Part shown: piece by piece, positions 62,840-64,000 of the stretch
Position numbering within the stretch: position 1 is the stretch's first letter
Layout of the letters: each line of letters starts with the position of its first letter
Assembly: GCA_910586925.1 (NCBI GenBank)
Contig: CAJUKG010000010.1
Span: forward strand, 9,817 to 73,816
Direction of reading: 5' to 3'
Length of the DNA stretch: 64,000 bases
Source of the DNA: an uncultured Christensenellaceae bacterium
GTDB lineage: Bacteria; Bacillota; Clostridia; Christensenellales; Pumilibacteraceae
Program-made: the position numbers and the translations under genes
Notes under the pieces: model-generated
Databases searched by the model: none
The model's input: only the letters and a program-made list of their open reading frames with translations
Told to the model about the DNA's origin: nothing

Positions 62840-64000
62840 TTACTTATGAACGGAAAAACCGATTTCCTTGAGTTTCTTTGCGTTGTACTCGACGACGTCG
62901 AGCAGTCTGTCGAATATCCTCTGCGCGTCCGCGCGTTCGGGCAGCGACCGCGAAGCATTGCTGTCGGTATTGTCCGAGTGCGCGAAGAAATTGCGTTGCG
63001 AGAAATACTCGGTATAAAGCGACACAAGCACTTCGGGATATATAACGCTGTCTATGCGCCGCAAATACCCGCTCTTGAGCACGTACCTGCCGCTGTCGTC
63101 CTTGTCGAACGCTTGACCTATCATCTTGACATTTATATTCTCCGCGCTTTGCAGGTCGAACACGAACCGTTCCAAACCGCGGAATGCGGGCACGAGCAAC
63201 ACCGAATAGTCGGAAAGATGCAAGTCTTTTTGATCGAAGTCGTGTATGCCGTACGAAAAATCTATCCGCGACTGCTCCGACAAAAATCCGTATGCCGTCG
63301 GCAACCGCTTCTTGAGCTTGTTTTGCACGTCGGACACTTTGTTCCTGCCGCGAGCGGGATTGCCGCCGTCCGACTTTTCCACATAGTTCTCGAGCGCGGA
63401 CGAATAATCGCTGTCGTGACTGACCTGCGCCATGACCTCGCCGAAAAGCTCCGAACGCTTGCCCTGAAGCTGTAAAGTCATGCGCTTTGTCGCATACCGC
63501 AAAATCACCTTTTGCCCGCTGCCGTCGGTCACCGTGTACGCCTTGAGCTCCTGCGGCGTGCCGCCGAACTCGACGCCGTCCAAAATGACCGTCTTGCCGT
63601 AATCGCGCAACCTTCTGACCGCGCCGCCGAGCGCGTCGGGCGGATAGTTCTTTACCGAATATCCGTTCTTGTATTCGGGCAGTTTGTCCTGTTTCGCGCC
63701 GAGTTCCTCGCGCGCCGCAACGTCCGACTTTTTGGGTCTGCCGCGACCGCGCTTTTGCTGTTCGCCTGCGGGCGAATTTTCTTGCGGCGGGTTTTGCTGT
63801 TGCGATTTATTCGGCGACGCGTTTTCCTGCGGTTTGTTTTCCGACTTTTTGGGTCTGCCGCGTCCGCGTTTTTGCTGTTCGCCCGATTGCGCGGGTTGCT
63901 GCGCAGACTGCTGTTTTGTTTGTTGCTGTCCGCCGATCTGCGGCTTGTCCTGCGATACCGACGTGCGCGTGGATATCTTGATCGCGGTCTTGGGCGTTTT
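62840..64000 (-). CDS. RnlA/LsoA-like HEPN-domain protein with an N-terminal AT-hook region (5' end outside the window)
   Basis: The track ORF 62840..63610 begins at a TTG, but the frame stays open to nt 64000, reading KTPKTAIKIS...GEQQKRGRGRPKKSENKPQ...GEQQKRGRGRPKKSDVAAREE.... A TBP-like module follows (KVILRYATKRMTLQLQGKRSELFG), then a helical C-terminal domain with LVPAFRGLERFV and QRNFFAH (R-x4-H, nt 62978..62995). The family call comes from motif memory, not a search. Confidence 0.65.
   Translation of the reverse strand, partial: KTPKTAIKISTRTSVSQDKPQIGGQQQTKQQSAQQPAQSGEQQKRGRGRPKKSENKPQENASPNKSQQQNPPQENSPAGEQQKRGRGRPKKSDVAAREELGAKQDKLPEYKNGYSVKNYPPDALGGAVRRLRDYGKTVILDGVEFGGTPQELKAYTVTDGSGQKVILRYATKRMTLQLQGKRSELFGEVMAQVSHDSDYSSALENYVEKSDGGNPARGRNKVSDVQNKLKKRLPTAYGFLSEQSRIDFSYGIHDFDQKDLHLSDYSVLLVPAFRGLERFVFDLQSAENINVKMIGQAFDKDDSGRYVLKSGYLRRIDSVIYPEVLVSLYTEYFSQRNFFAHSDNTDSNASRSLPERADAQRIFDRLLDVVEYNAKKLKEIGFSVHK

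Overview
This is a 64-kb chromosomal window that looks GC-rich by eye. Gene content and order fit a Firmicutes/Clostridia-type anaerobe. The taxon is an inference from the ylmE-sepF-lspA-rluD-pyrBCFKDE block, a trimeric HydABC [FeFe]-hydrogenase, BspA-type LRR proteins and a large acyl-CoA-dehydratase-activase fusion. I support about 40 CDS, one tRNA-Leu(CAG), one candidate ~200-nt ncRNA, several sigma70-like promoters and hairpin terminators, and three classes of intergenic repeats. I saw no rRNA, CRISPR, transposase, integrase or phage genes. Positions 1..51.4 kb are almost entirely minus-strand and 53.4..61 kb is plus-strand. The ORF track is heavily contaminated by long antisense mirror ORFs that are rich in Arg/His/Val, the largest being 3224 aa opposite the giant gene; I rejected these. 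The most notable observations are as follows. (1) At the right edge, an RnlA-like HEPN protein carrying two eukaryote-style AT-hooks sits 33 nt upstream of a second CTP-synthase copy. That copy has lost the glutaminase Cys and His and has DLDLG changed to DLVIG, so the pair is a candidate undescribed toxin/defence module. (2) A monocistronic 3690-aa surface protein has an ALK/LTK-like polyglycine domain, many cadherin-like modules, a C-terminal TM helix and a Pro-rich cytoplasmic tail. (3) A cytoplasmic protein combines a Zn-ribbon, a TIR domain, a coiled coil and BspA-type LRRs. (4) CarB and DapF are fused in frame. (5) A 25-nt A/T-only box is repeated in front of carA and purA and in split form after carB-dapF. 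(6) pgm, a GS-like gene, an ANTAR pseudo-receiver, purF, carA and carB are chained on one strand. All motif-level coordinates were hand-counted, and no database search or folding was possible.
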